A stretch of 64,000 bases of DNA, from NCBI GenBank assembly GCA_022340805.1, contig JAJDNF010000086.1:28895-92894 (forward strand). Reading direction: 5' to 3'. The stretch is from Chromatiaceae bacterium. GTDB lineage: Bacteria > Pseudomonadota > Gammaproteobacteria > Chromatiales > Chromatiaceae. How positions within the stretch are numbered: the stretch's first letter is position 1; every line of letters starts with the position of its first letter. This document shows positions 46,274 through 56,966 of this stretch, one piece after another. The notes beneath the pieces are model-generated. The model was not told the origin of the DNA. It saw only the letters and a program-made list of their open reading frames with translations, and made no database searches. Made by a program: the position numbers and the translations under genes.

Positions 46274-48043
46274 ATGAACAGAGCACAAGCAGACAGTCGA
46301 TCGCCGGACGCCGTGCATGAGCTTCCGTTGGAGGAGCGCATCCTCGCTCGCCTAGCCTACCTGTATGGGAGCGAACGGGCAGGCCCGATCGCGCAGCGCC
46401 TGGTGCGCCTGCTCAAGACCCACCGCCAGTTGCGCACGCGGGTCGTGCAGGGGGCCTACTGGTCGCACGAGGACACGGTGCTGATCACCTATGGCGACAG
46501 CATACAGTCATCCACCCATCCGCCCCTGCAGACCCTCCACCACTTTCTGAACGATCACCTGGCTGAAGCATTCAGCATGGTCCACATTCTGCCCTTCTTC
46601 CCGTGGAGTTCCGACGACGGTTTTTCGGTGACCGACTTCCGCGCGGTGAAAGCGGATCTCGGCAACTGGCAGGATATCCGGCGCCTGTCCGAGGACTTCG
46701 ACCTCGCCATAGACTTGGTCCTCAACCACTGCTCACGCGAAAACCTGTGGTTCATCGACTACCTGTTCGGCGAAGCACCCGCCTGCCACTACTTCATCGA
46801 AGTGGACCCCGCAGCCAATGTGTCGATGGTCACGCGCCCGCGTACCACGCCGTTGCTCAGCGGCGTGCGTACGCAGCGCGGGCTGCGCCATGTTTGGGCC
46901 ACCTTCAGCAACGACCAGATCGATCTGAACTATGCCAATCCCGACGTGCTGCTCGAGTTCGTCGACATCCTGCTGTACTACATCCGTCGCGGCGCCCGCA
47001 TGATCCGGCTCGATGCGGTGGCCTACCTGTGGAAGGAACTCGGCACCCGTTGCATCCATCTGCCACAGACCCACCAGGTGATCAAGCTGCTGCGCGACGT
47101 CCTCGAAACCGTCGAGCCGGCGGCCCTGATCATGACCGAAACCAACGTGCCACATGCAGAGAACGTGAGCTATTTCGGCGATGGCGACGAGGCGCACCTG
47201 ATCTACCAGTTCAGTCTCCCGCCTCTGCTGTTGCACGCCCTGCACGCCGGCAGCAGCGCATACCTGAATGCCTGGGCCAAGGAACTCGAGGCCGACGCGA
47301 TGCCACCTGGTTGCACCTACCTGAACTTTACCGCCTCGCACGACGGCGTCGGCCTGCGGCCGCTCGAGGGCCTGGTGCCGCGTGACGAGGTAGATCGCCT
47401 GCTGGAGCGGATGCGCGAGCGCGGCGGATATATCTCGAGCAAGTCCAACAGCGATGGCAGCGAGAGTCCGTATGAACTCAACATCAGTTACTTCGACGCC
47501 TTCCGTGACCCCGCGGGCGATAACCGCTGGCATATCCCGATGTTCATGGTCTCGCAGATCATCGCGCTGTCATTCAAGGGCATACCCGCGGTATACATCC
47601 ACTGCCTGACCGCCACGCCGAACGACACCCTGGGCGTCGAGCGCACCGGCATGACGCGCTCGATCAACCGCCGCAAATGGGACAAAGGTGAACTCGAGTA
47701 CCAAATCTGCGACCTTGCGTCCGAGACCGGCCAGGTATTCGCGTTGTACCGACGGCTGTTGGCGCTGCGCCGCGCGCAGCCGGCGTTTCATCCGAATGGC
47801 GCACAGCGGATCGTCGAGATCGACGATCAGGTCTTCTGCTTCGAGCGAAGCGCGCCCGACGACGGCCAGCACATCCTGGTCCTGACCAACCTGTCGCCAC
47901 ACAGCCTGAAGGTCCCTAGCGCCCGGCTGCCCGCCGATCTGGCAAGGCGCGAGGAACTGCTGAAGCTAAGCACGCCCACGATCAGCGACCACATGCTGCT
48001 GCTCGAACCGTATGCGACATTCTGGTTCAGCCGGCATGAATGA
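46274..48043 (+). CDS. GH13_18 sucrose-phosphorylase-family enzyme, likely glucosylglycerate phosphorylase
   Basis: LITYGDS, HILPFF, SSDDGFSV, RLDAVAYLW, TETNVPH, ASHDG, PYELNI; adjacent to gpgP/gpgS. Confidence 0.85.
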   Translation: MNRAQADSRSPDAVHELPLEERILARLAYLYGSERAGPIAQRLVRLLKTHRQLRTRVVQGAYWSHEDTVLITYGDSIQSSTHPPLQTLHHFLNDHLAEAFSMVHILPFFPWSSDDGFSVTDFRAVKADLGNWQDIRRLSEDFDLAIDLVLNHCSRENLWFIDYLFGEAPACHYFIEVDPAANVSMVTRPRTTPLLSGVRTQRGLRHVWATFSNDQIDLNYANPDVLLEFVDILLYYIRRGARMIRLDAVAYLWKELGTRCIHLPQTHQVIKLLRDVLETVEPAALIMTETNVPHAENVSYFGDGDEAHLIYQFSLPPLLLHALHAGSSAYLNAWAKELEADAMPPGCTYLNFTASHDGVGLRPLEGLVPRDEVDRLLERMRERGGYISSKSNSDGSESPYELNISYFDAFRDPAGDNRWHIPMFMVSQIIALSFKGIPAVYIHCLTATPNDTLGVERTGMTRSINRRKWDKGELEYQICDLASETGQVFALYRRLLALRRAQPAFHPNGAQRIVEIDDQVFCFERSAPDDGQHILVLTNLSPHSLKVPSARLPADLARREELLKLSTPTISDHMLLLEPYATFWFSRHE

Positions 48044-48905
48044 GCGCGTGCCACCCGCCGAAAAGATGCAGATCCCGCCGGCAATCATCTTCAGCGACCT
48101 CGACGGAACCCTGCTCGACCACGCTGACTACACCTTCGGCCCCGCCCTGCCCGCGTTGCGCGCCATACAGCAGGCAGGCATTCCGCTGATCCTCACCACC
48201 AGCAAGACACTGGCAGAGACTGCCGAGATCAACCGCGCACTGGGCAATCATCAGGCGGTGATCGTCGAGAACGGAGGCGCGCTGTGCTTTCCGCTGGACC
48301 AGGCATTGGCGTTCGAGATCGGCGCAGGCGAGATGCTGCACGGCCATGCCGTGGTGCGCCTCGCACCACCCCACGAGTGGGTGCGCCGATTCATCGAACG
48401 CCAACGCGCCCGGCACAGATGGCGGTTGCGCGGCTTCGGCGACATGACGAATTCGGAAGTGGTCGAGCAGACCGGCCTCAGCGAAGCGGCCGCCGAACTG
48501 GCCAGGCAGCGATTGTGCGGCGAACCTTTTGTGTGGCTGGACAGCCCGGAACGCTTTGCGCAGTTCCGTGACGCAGCGGCAGACCATGGCCTCGGCGTCA
48601 CCCGCGGGGGGCGCTTCCATCACCTGACGGGCCACGCCAACAAGGCGGACGCGATGCGCAGGCTGCTCCGGGCCACCTACCCTGCCTATCCCCATCCGGT
48701 GATCGCGCTCGGCGACAGCGACAACGACAAGGCGATGCTCGAGGCCGCGGACGTGGCGGTCGTAATCAGGCGTCCCGATGGCACACATCTGGATTGTCAC
48801 GGCACACAGCGGACCCTGCTGACCCGGCAGGAAGGTCCGACCGGCTGGAACGCCGCGGTGCTGCAGGTCCTCGACGAGCTGCGTGTGCACACCCCAGCGA
48901 CCTGA
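48036..48905 (+). CDS. gpgP: HAD-IIB glucosyl/mannosyl-3-phosphoglycerate phosphatase
   Basis: SDLDGTLL, TSKT, ENG, GGRF, LGDSDND, GPTGWN. Confidence 0.85.
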   Translation: MNERVPPAEKMQIPPAIIFSDLDGTLLDHADYTFGPALPALRAIQQAGIPLILTTSKTLAETAEINRALGNHQAVIVENGGALCFPLDQALAFEIGAGEMLHGHAVVRLAPPHEWVRRFIERQRARHRWRLRGFGDMTNSEVVEQTGLSEAAAELARQRLCGEPFVWLDSPERFAQFRDAAADHGLGVTRGGRFHHLTGHANKADAMRRLLRATYPAYPHPVIALGDSDNDKAMLEAADVAVVIRRPDGTHLDCHGTQRTLLTRQEGPTGWNAAVLQVLDELRVHTPAT

Positions 48906-48918
48906 CACAGGAGAGGAC

Positions 48919-50124
48919 GTGGACTTTTTCCAAAACGGTTCGATCACCACACTGCACAAGCTGTGTCATCGCCCGATCGAGCAGATCGAGGCGGAACTCA
49001 AGACCTTCTCTTACGAACGCCCGATGGCGCTGATCCTTCCCAGCCTCTACTCGGAACTGCAGGGGCCGGCGTTGCCCAGGATAGTCGAGGAACTCAAACA
49101 CGCCAGCTATATCAGCGACATCATCGTCGGCCTCGACCAGGCCAACGAGCAGCAGTTCGACCACGCCCGCGCGTTCTTCTCAGGGCTGCCGCAGAACGTG
49201 CATATTCTGTGGAACGACGGGCCCTGGCTGCGCGAGATTGATGCCCAACTGCAGACCCAGAATCTCGCCCCGACACAAGCAGGCAAGGGACGCAACGCGT
49301 GGTACTGCATGGGCTACGCGCTGGCCCTGGAATACTGCGAGGCGATCGCACTGCATGATTGCGACATCCTGACCTATGACCGCAGCCTGCCCGCGCGGCT
49401 GTTCTACCCGGTGGCGAACCCGGCATTCAGTTTCGCCTTCTGCAAGGGCTACTACTCGCGCATCAACGGCGATCGGCTGAGCGGGCGCGCGACGCGCCTG
49501 TTCGTTACGCCGTTGCTGCGCGCGTTGAGGAAGGTGGTCGGCCCGCTGGATTACCTCGAGTTCATGGACAGCTTCCGCTACCCACTGTCCGGCGAGTTCT
49601 CGCTGAGCCGCGATTTCGTGAAGATGCTGCGCATTCCGAGCGACTGGGGGCTGGAGGTCGGCGTACTGTCCGAGGTGTACCGCACGCTGTCGCGCAACAG
49701 CGTGTGCCAGGTCGATATCGCCGACCAGTACGACCACAAGCATCAGGAACTGTCCCTGGACGATACCGGCAGCGGACTCGGCCGAATGAGCGTCGAGATC
49801 GCCAAATCGCTGTACCGCAAGCTCGCAACCGAGGGGGTTACGCTGTCCAGCGAGAACTTCCGTTCCATCAAGGCCGCGTACTACCGCATCGCGTTGGACG
49901 CGACCGAACAGTATTTCTACGATGCCAAGATCAACGGACTGCAATACGACCGCCACCAGGAGGAGTGCAGCATCGAGGCGTTCGCACAGAGCATCATCGC
50001 CGCCGGCGACACCTTTCTCAGCAACCCGATGGAATCACCCTTTATTCCAAACTGGAACCGCGTGCACGATGCCTTTCCGGACATCTGTCAGCAGATGCTG
50101 AGCGCAGTGGCTGCCGAGCGATAG
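48919..50124 (+). CDS. gpgS: Glucosyl-3-phosphoglycerate synthase
   Basis: DFFQNG, LPSLYSEL, GKGRN, LHDCDI, KGYYSR, YPLSGE, DWGLEVG, YDHKHQ; GTG start. Confidence 0.88.
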   Translation: MDFFQNGSITTLHKLCHRPIEQIEAELKTFSYERPMALILPSLYSELQGPALPRIVEELKHASYISDIIVGLDQANEQQFDHARAFFSGLPQNVHILWNDGPWLREIDAQLQTQNLAPTQAGKGRNAWYCMGYALALEYCEAIALHDCDILTYDRSLPARLFYPVANPAFSFAFCKGYYSRINGDRLSGRATRLFVTPLLRALRKVVGPLDYLEFMDSFRYPLSGEFSLSRDFVKMLRIPSDWGLEVGVLSEVYRTLSRNSVCQVDIADQYDHKHQELSLDDTGSGLGRMSVEIAKSLYRKLATEGVTLSSENFRSIKAAYYRIALDATEQYFYDAKINGLQYDRHQEECSIEAFAQSIIAAGDTFLSNPMESPFIPNWNRVHDAFPDICQQMLSAVAAER

Positions 50125-50180
50125 CCTGCGCCGGTTCGCGCGCGCCCGGATGGATGCCCCGGGCGAAGACAGCAGCCCCC

Positions 50181-52607
50181 TCAACGGGGCGCACTGGCCC
50201 CCGCCGCGAACTGCTGACGCATGGCGGTCCATTCGAACAGTCGCATCTGCACCCGGCCGTTACAGCTGTCCTGCGGATACAGCCCTTCGGCATCCGGTGT
50301 ACCGGCCGGCATACCGGTCAACAGCGACATCACCTGATCGGCATGCTCGGCCGCGTAGACATGAAACCGGCCACGCGACGCGGCCAATCGAACATCCTCG
50401 CGCAGCATCAGATCGCGTGCGTTGGCGGCCGGGATGATGACGCCCTGGTGGCCGGTCAGACCACGCGCTCTGCAGATGTCGAAAAATCCCTCGATCTTTT
50501 CATTGACCCCGCCGACGGCCTGCACCTGACCATGCTGATTGACCGAGCCGGTTACCGCCAGCGACTGCTCGAGCGACAGGTCTCCGATCGCCGATAGCAG
50601 TGCGCACAGCTCACCCAGCGAGGCACTGTCGCCCTCGACGATGCCGTATGACTGCTCGAATACCAGGCTGGCCGATACCGACAGCGGCTGGTGGCGGGCG
50701 TAGCGATTGGCGAGATAGGCCGACAGGATCATCACGCCCTTGCCATGAATGGCGCCACCAAGTTCGGATTCACTCTCGATGTCGACGACCTCGCCGCTGC
50801 CGATCCGTGCTGTGGCGCTGATCCGTGTCGGGCTGCCGAACGCCTGGTCTCCCGCCTGGACCACGACCAGACCATTGACCTGGCCGAGTTGGCGGCCCTT
50901 GGTGTCGATCAACAGGACGTCGCGCAGGATCGCCTCCTGCACGCGGCTGCGCAACTGCCCGGTGCGCTCGGTCTGGGCATCGATCGCCTGCTGCACGTGG
51001 CCTGCCTCGACTGTTGCGCTGTCGAGCGTGCCGGCGAAGTAGTCGGCCTCCTGCAACAGCCGACTGAGGCTGCCAAGGTGCAGTGACAGCTTGTCGCCTT
51101 GACCAGCATGCCGCGCCGACCAGTCGATCATCCGGGCGACACCCTCGCGGCTGAACGGACGCAATTGATCGCGCTGCTGCAACGTCGCGATCAGGCGTGC
51201 GTAGGCCATCTCCTGGCCTTCGACGCGGGGCATATCCTCATTGAAATCCGCGACTACGCTGAACAATGGACCGAACTCGGCGTCGTGGGCCTTGAGCAGA
51301 TAGTAGAGCTCGCGGTCGCCGACCAGCGCGACCTTGAGGTGCAGCGGGATCGGCTCGGGCTCCAGCGATACCGTCTCCATCAGGCCGAGCAGACGGCCGG
51401 TCGGCTCGATGCGGATCTCCTCGCCGTCCAAGGCGCGCTTGAGCGCACTCCAGGCAAACGGCTGCAGCAGCAGCTGCTCCACATCCAGGACCAGGTAGCC
51501 ACCGTTGGCGCGATGCAGCGCGCCGGGCTTGATCAACGTGAAGTCCGTGCTCAGCGTACCCATGTGCGCGACATGCTCGATGCGCCCCACCAGGTTCTGG
51601 TAGCTGGGATTGTTCTCGTAGACCACCGGCGCCCCGGCGCCGCTGCCGTTGTTCACCAGCAGATTCACGCGATAGCGGGTAAAGCGGGGATCGTCGGCCG
51701 CGGGCCCGTCGCCACCGTCCTCGGGCAGGAACAAGGCACCGTGTTCGACCACGTCGGCAAGCACCGACTGGAGGTACTCGAGCACCTCGGGCAGGTCCGC
51801 GTAACGGTGCTCCAGTTCGACCGCCAGCTGGCCGACCGTGAGCTGGGTGACATCCGCATCCAGGGCCCGCAGGCGCTGGCGAAACTCGCGCTTCCACAGC
51901 GGGATGCTGCCGAGCGCGCTGCGCAGCTGATCCTTGAGCTCGTCCAGCGCCTGCTGCAGGCTCGCCTTCTGGTCTTCCGCCAGGGCCTCGAACTGCGGCG
52001 GGCTGAGCACCTCGCCGTCCTTCATCGGCATCAGGCTGAAACCGGTCGGCGTCGACACCAGGGCGATGCTGCGGGCCTCGGCCTGTCTGCCCAGCTTGGC
52101 CGCAGCGTCCTGCTCACGCTGCTTGAACTCGTCCTGGAGTTCCTGCGACCGCCGACGGTATTCCTCACTCTGGAAGGCCGCAGGCAGCGCCGACAGCAGG
52201 TCCTCGACGAGCTGGCGCATATCGCGCTGCAGCTCGGCCCCGCGGCCTGCCGGCAGGGCCAGCGCGTTTGGACGATCGGGGTGGTCGAAATCGGCGACAT
52301 AGCACCAGTCGGCCGGCACCTCGCCGGTGGCTGCATGCGCTGCCAGCGCCTGGGTGAGCAGGTGATGCCGGCCCACGCCAGGCGACCCCATGACATACAG
52401 GTTGTAGCCGGCACGGTCGATGCCGGTACCGAATTCGATCGCCTGCAGCACCCGCTCCTGACCCACCGGGCGGTCCTCAAGCTGCAATTCGGCGGTGCTG
52501 GCGAAATCCAGACTGTCGAGCGTACAGGGGTGGGTCAGGCGGTCTGTCGCCAGTGGCGCGAGCTGCTGCGCCGGCAACGACGCACCACCTGTCGCAACAT
52601 CGTTCAC
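50181..52607 (-). CDS. LonC-like protease (AAA-like domain + Lon protease domain)
   Basis: GQER, degenerate Walker A GSPGVGR, GALHRANGG, catalytic GDSAS and GVNEKIEG. Confidence 0.88.
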   Translation of the reverse strand: MNDVATGGASLPAQQLAPLATDRLTHPCTLDSLDFASTAELQLEDRPVGQERVLQAIEFGTGIDRAGYNLYVMGSPGVGRHHLLTQALAAHAATGEVPADWCYVADFDHPDRPNALALPAGRGAELQRDMRQLVEDLLSALPAAFQSEEYRRRSQELQDEFKQREQDAAAKLGRQAEARSIALVSTPTGFSLMPMKDGEVLSPPQFEALAEDQKASLQQALDELKDQLRSALGSIPLWKREFRQRLRALDADVTQLTVGQLAVELEHRYADLPEVLEYLQSVLADVVEHGALFLPEDGGDGPAADDPRFTRYRVNLLVNNGSGAGAPVVYENNPSYQNLVGRIEHVAHMGTLSTDFTLIKPGALHRANGGYLVLDVEQLLLQPFAWSALKRALDGEEIRIEPTGRLLGLMETVSLEPEPIPLHLKVALVGDRELYYLLKAHDAEFGPLFSVVADFNEDMPRVEGQEMAYARLIATLQQRDQLRPFSREGVARMIDWSARHAGQGDKLSLHLGSLSRLLQEADYFAGTLDSATVEAGHVQQAIDAQTERTGQLRSRVQEAILRDVLLIDTKGRQLGQVNGLVVVQAGDQAFGSPTRISATARIGSGEVVDIESESELGGAIHGKGVMILSAYLANRYARHQPLSVSASLVFEQSYGIVEGDSASLGELCALLSAIGDLSLEQSLAVTGSVNQHGQVQAVGGVNEKIEGFFDICRARGLTGHQGVIIPAANARDLMLREDVRLAASRGRFHVYAAEHADQVMSLLTGMPAGTPDAEGLYPQDSCNGRVQMRLFEWTAMRQQFAAGASAPR

Positions 52608-53038
52608 AGATACGCCGGCAACTGCGCCCGAATCCGTTCCGGCGACTGGGTAGTCAGCTCAGTGGACAGCTCACTGCTGATCAGCCCGCGCAGCGCATCC
52701 GACTGGTGCTTGCGCAGCAGGCCGAGAAACTGCGGCGCCGCCACCACGTACAGCTTGCCGAAGGCATGGCTGTTGCGGCCCTTCTCGAGATGCTTGCAGA
52801 CCTCGGCCGCAAAGCGATTGATCGTCTCTTCCTTCACGCTGTTGCCGGCACCATAACCATGCCGGGCGCCCTCGCCACCGCTGATGCGCCCGCCACGGTC
52901 GCTCACCAGGTCGCCCTCATGCAGACGCCCCTCGGGATTGCTCAGCGTCTCGATCTCGGTCAGCGCGTCCGCCGGCTTGCTGGCGGTGAATATGCGGGCG
53001 CGGCTGGCATCCGCGACGACGACCCAGATTGTGCTCAT
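52604..53038 (-). CDS. Host attachment protein / baeRF-like release-factor-fold protein
   Basis: WVVVADASRARIF, SDRGGR, LYVVAAPQFLGLLR; 4-nt overlap with the Lon-like gene. Confidence 0.85.
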   Translation of the reverse strand: MSTIWVVVADASRARIFTASKPADALTEIETLSNPEGRLHEGDLVSDRGGRISGGEGARHGYGAGNSVKEETINRFAAEVCKHLEKGRNSHAFGKLYVVAAPQFLGLLRKHQSDALRGLISSELSTELTTQSPERIRAQLPAYL

Positions 53039-53365
53039 AGTTTGGTCTCCTCGTTCTTGTCATTTGGCTCGCGCGGGCAGCGCAGCGTAAGCAGACGCTC
53101 CAGCGCAGTCGTCACCGTCACCTCCCTACAGTCTCCAAACTACAGGCTTCGCGACCGAGTCCGCGAGTGAAATCTGGGACTCTTTTGATAGCCGACAACT
53201 GAATGGACGGATTGGTCGCACAGCGCCTGGCGGCGAAGCGGCCGGTGGTCTTGCTGGCAGAACAGGCCCCGCAGCGCAGGCCTAATGCCTAGTGTAGTAG
53301 CACCGGGGCCATTGCGGAGGTAGAAGGCGGGCCCGCATCGCCGCCGGATGGCGCCATGCACCCGG

Positions 53366-53920
53366 TCATGACGCGGCCGCAAGCGGCTGCGGGACCGTCT
53401 TGAGCGACTCCACCATGCCGTGAATCGCGATGGCGCATCCCGAGTGGACCTGCAGAACCGAGCGGCAATCGTGGATCTGCAGCGCGGTCGCCATCGCCGC
53501 CGCTGCCGCGGTATCGCGGAAGGACAGGCGGCAGACCTCCATGGTCTTGCGGTACCATGGTTCGAGGATCGTCTGGGTCTCGGACAATGACAGCTGCGAC
53601 TGCGCGGTGGTGTCGGTGGCGCCGCCGAGTCGCTGCTCGTCGATATCGTCGTGACCCAGTTGCTTCAGGGTCGCGAACATCGTACTCAGCAACACCGGAC
53701 CCTGTTCGTTACCCAGGTCCGACAACACCACGGTGCCCGGCGGGAGATGATCGAAGGTGGGCGAGAAAGACCGGAACAGCATGGTTCCGGCCATCCTCGC
53801 CGCCGCGGCGATGATCGTCTCCGCATGTATGCCCTGCCCGGACACGACCAGCTTGCGCAGCGTGCGATGCAGCAGGTCTGCGGCCTCAACGATCTGTTTG
53901 ATGTTGTTACTGTTCACCAC
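53366..53920 (-). CDS. Hypothetical protein
   Basis: 184 aa, AGGGAGG RBS; GIHAETII..ARMAG; start uncertain. Confidence 0.65.
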   Translation of the reverse strand: MVNSNNIKQIVEAADLLHRTLRKLVVSGQGIHAETIIAAAARMAGTMLFRSFSPTFDHLPPGTVVLSDLGNEQGPVLLSTMFATLKQLGHDDIDEQRLGGATDTTAQSQLSLSETQTILEPWYRKTMEVCRLSFRDTAAAAAMATALQIHDCRSVLQVHSGCAIAIHGMVESLKTVPQPLAAAS

Positions 53921-54359
53921 TCCTCCCTAAGTCGATGACCGGCCCCTGGGTGCCACACCAGCCATGCCAGGCAGATCGATACGAGATCTGCCCACATCCC
54001 GGCTGGCGCCGCCGGAGCCAGCTATGGATCCCGGCCGTACCCCGCGCGTGCATGCGCAAAGCCCGAGTTTAACCGAGCCACCTGAGCCGGGCCATTGCCG
54101 GCTCCGCGGCAATGGCGCAACAGCGTCCCGGCGAGGGTCCGGCGCCCGGACGGCGTCCGCCGTTGCTAGCGTCGTCGGGGCTGGCCCCGCACGGCGGCGT
54201 GCAACCGGAATGCGAATCGCTCGCCCGATCAGGCGACCGCGGCCCGCGCCTGAACGAGGGCCGAAATATGCTAACTTAATGCGTCCGGGACCTATGCAGC
54301 TGGAGCGCATGGTCCTATTATCCCTGCGCTTTTTGCACCCCTCTGGAGGTCCCAAGCCC

Positions 54360-55523
54360 GTGATACCGGCCATCAGTGACTACTACGACCCAGCCACGTT
54401 TGAGCGCATCAAGAACTATGCCGACAAGCTCGACACCCCGTTCCTGATCGTCGACACCGCCACGGTCGACCGCCAGTACGACGAGCTCGCCGGCGCCTTC
54501 CCGTACGCCAGCGTGTACTACGCGGTGAAGGCCAATCCCGCAGTCGAGATCCTGTCTCTGCTGCGCGACAAGGGCTCCAATTTCGATATCGCCTCGACCT
54601 ACGAACTGGACAAGGTACTTGCGCTGGGGGTCAGCCCCGATCGCATCAGCTTCGGCAACACGATCAAGAAGAGCCGCGACATCCGCTATTTCTACGACCG
54701 GGGCGTGCGCATGTTTGCCACGGACGCCGAGTCGGACCTGCGGAACATCGCCAAGGCGGCGCCGGGCTCAAAGGTCTACGTCCGCATCCTGACCGAGGGC
54801 ACGCAGACGGCCGATTGGCCACTTTCACGCAAATTCGGCTGCCAGAGCGACATGGCGCTGGACCTGCTGATCTTGGCGCGCGACCTTGGGCTGGTGCCGT
54901 TCGGGGTGTCATTCCATGTCGGCTCGCAGCAGCGCGACATCGGCACCTGGGATGCCGCGATCGCCAAGGTGAAGGTCATCTTCGAACGCCTGCGTGACGA
55001 AGACGGCATCACGCTGCAGATGATCAACATGGGTGGTGGTTTCCCGGCCAACTATGCCACCAAGACCAATGAGCTGGCGACCTATGCGGAAGAGATCACC
55101 CGCTACCTGCACGAGGATTTCGGTGACGAGTTGCCGCTGATCATCCTCGAACCGGGCCGTTCGCTGGTCTCGAATGCCGGCGTGCTGGTCAGCGAGGTCG
55201 TGCTGATCTCGCGCAAGTCGCGCACCGGCCTGAACCGCTGGGTCTACGTCGACGTCGGCATGTTCCAGGGTCTGATCGAAACGCTCAATGAGGCGATCAA
55301 GTTCCCGATCTGGACCGACAGGAAAGGCGAGCTGGAAGAGGTCGTGCTGGCCGGTCCGACCTGCGACAGCGCCGATATCATGTACGAGGACCATAAGTAC
55401 CCGCTGCCGCTGAATCTGTCGGTCGAAGACCGGCTGTACTGGTTCTCCACGGGCGCCTACACGACCAGCTACAGCTCGGTCGAGTTCAACGGCTTTCCGC
55501 CACTGAAGGCCTACTACATCTGA
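54360..55523 (+). CDS. Type III PLP-dependent ornithine/lysine decarboxylase
   Basis: YYAVKANP, FDIAS, SFHVGSQ, MGGGF, EPGR, GPTCDS, GAYT; GGAGG + GTG at 54360. Confidence 0.92.
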   Translation: MIPAISDYYDPATFERIKNYADKLDTPFLIVDTATVDRQYDELAGAFPYASVYYAVKANPAVEILSLLRDKGSNFDIASTYELDKVLALGVSPDRISFGNTIKKSRDIRYFYDRGVRMFATDAESDLRNIAKAAPGSKVYVRILTEGTQTADWPLSRKFGCQSDMALDLLILARDLGLVPFGVSFHVGSQQRDIGTWDAAIAKVKVIFERLRDEDGITLQMINMGGGFPANYATKTNELATYAEEITRYLHEDFGDELPLIILEPGRSLVSNAGVLVSEVVLISRKSRTGLNRWVYVDVGMFQGLIETLNEAIKFPIWTDRKGELEEVVLAGPTCDSADIMYEDHKYPLPLNLSVEDRLYWFSTGAYTTSYSSVEFNGFPPLKAYYI

Positions 55524-56100
55524 CCGCCCGGCTGGCGCAGTCCAGGGACGCGCGGATATTCTGATGAATATGGGTGTCATAGAGGTTCCGCAAACTGCGA
55601 TACTCCTGCAGGGTCGCGGTCGAATATAGGGCCGCGTCACCCCCGCCCTGGCTGAGCCCGCTCAGCAGCTAATTGGGCTGAGCCTTCACGATATTGGGCG
55701 CGTTACTCGGCTGAGATTCGTGGAGATCGCCGAGCACAACGACCGGATTCTGGTTGCCGGTCAATTCTTTGGTCAGAATCATCCCAAGCCCCGCCGCCTC
55801 TGCCGTGCGCCGGATCGTCGAGACTGCAGACCCCAGGTTCTTGCCGTGTCTGGAGTAAAAGGCTTGGTCCGCTCTATACCAACCTTCCCTGTAGACCTTG
55901 GCCGGGGCTTTGGACTTCAGATGTGCGACTTAGACCGAGATGATCTTGCCGTTGCTGCATGGTTTCACACGGAAATGCAGGACAGGCCGGGAGAAGGAAC
56001 CGATCCGCACTGCAATCTCGGCTGTCTGGGCATCGTCGCCGCTACTCTGCAGCCGAAACTTCTCCGGGAACTGGGTAATCCAAACGATTCGAAGCAGGGC

Positions 56101-56358
56101 GTGTGGAATAGCTGTGATGCCGACACCAAAGTCAAGGATCACACCCTGCCTGAGATCGCGCGGCCCAACAACGACACGCTGAACATCAGCTGTCTGCCGG
56201 ACCTGCGCAAGGATCCGCTGATCCTCGAGATGCCGGCCTTCGATTCGGATTACGGCTCGCTGATGGTCACCGGCCACGATCACTACGTGAACGTGCCGAT
56301 GGCCACACGGCTCGGCGACTTCAAAAAGCCGGAGACGATGCTGTTCTACACCGCGCGC
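56101..56358 (+). pseudogene. DUF1254-domain protein fragment
   Basis: IARPNNDTL...DLRKDPLILEMPAFD..YGSLMVTG is recognisable; flanking parts of the ORF look non-homologous. Confidence 0.55.
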
Positions 56359-56557
56359 CGGTGGCGCGCTGTTCGGTGCCATCGCCAGCGACAAGAGCAG
56401 CAAGGGGGCGAAACGGGGTGCCGCCCTGGGGGCGGTTGCCGGCGGCGCATCCGGCGCTTATCGGAACGATCAGACCTACAAGCGCGTCTACGACGACTGC
56501 ATGGCCGGTCGTTGACTCCAACAAAAACCTGTTCATATCAGTTTAAAGGAGCGTCTC

Positions 56558-56875
56558 ATGTTCAGACCACATCTCGGTGTCATGGCGGCTGCTGCGCTCG
56601 CCGTATTTGCCCTTAACGCCACCGATACGGCTGCTGCCGAGCCGACCGGCACGAAACAAGATCTCGGCACCTTCTCCTGCAAAGAGGTGATGCGCCTGTC
56701 CGGAGAGGACCGGGGGATCGCGCTGGCGCTCGCACACGGCTACGTGCTCGGCAAAAAGGGCACGACCCAGTACGAGATCGAAGCACTGGCGCAGATCACC
56801 GACCAGTTCATCGACCACTGTCTGGATCATCCGACCGACAACGCGCTGCAATCGTTCGAAACAATCGCCAAGTAG
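56558..56875 (+). CDS. HdeA/HdeB-family periplasmic chaperone-like protein
   Basis: Signal peptide; FSCKEVM...DHCLDHP disulfide pattern; AAGGAG RBS. Confidence 0.75.
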   Translation: MFRPHLGVMAAAALAVFALNATDTAAAEPTGTKQDLGTFSCKEVMRLSGEDRGIALALAHGYVLGKKGTTQYEIEALAQITDQFIDHCLDHPTDNALQSFETIAK

Positions 56876-56966
56876 CCGCGAGTCGCCGATGTCCGCTGTG
56901 TCGGGTCCCGCGCTGACGGCACGCGCAGCAAGCCGACCGGTCTCTGCCGGGTTGGTTGGCGCCGGC

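Noticed and set aside
55650-55716. Triple GGCTGAG and short palindrome as an insertion end or att site
   Set aside because: No partner repeat, integrase or target duplication found
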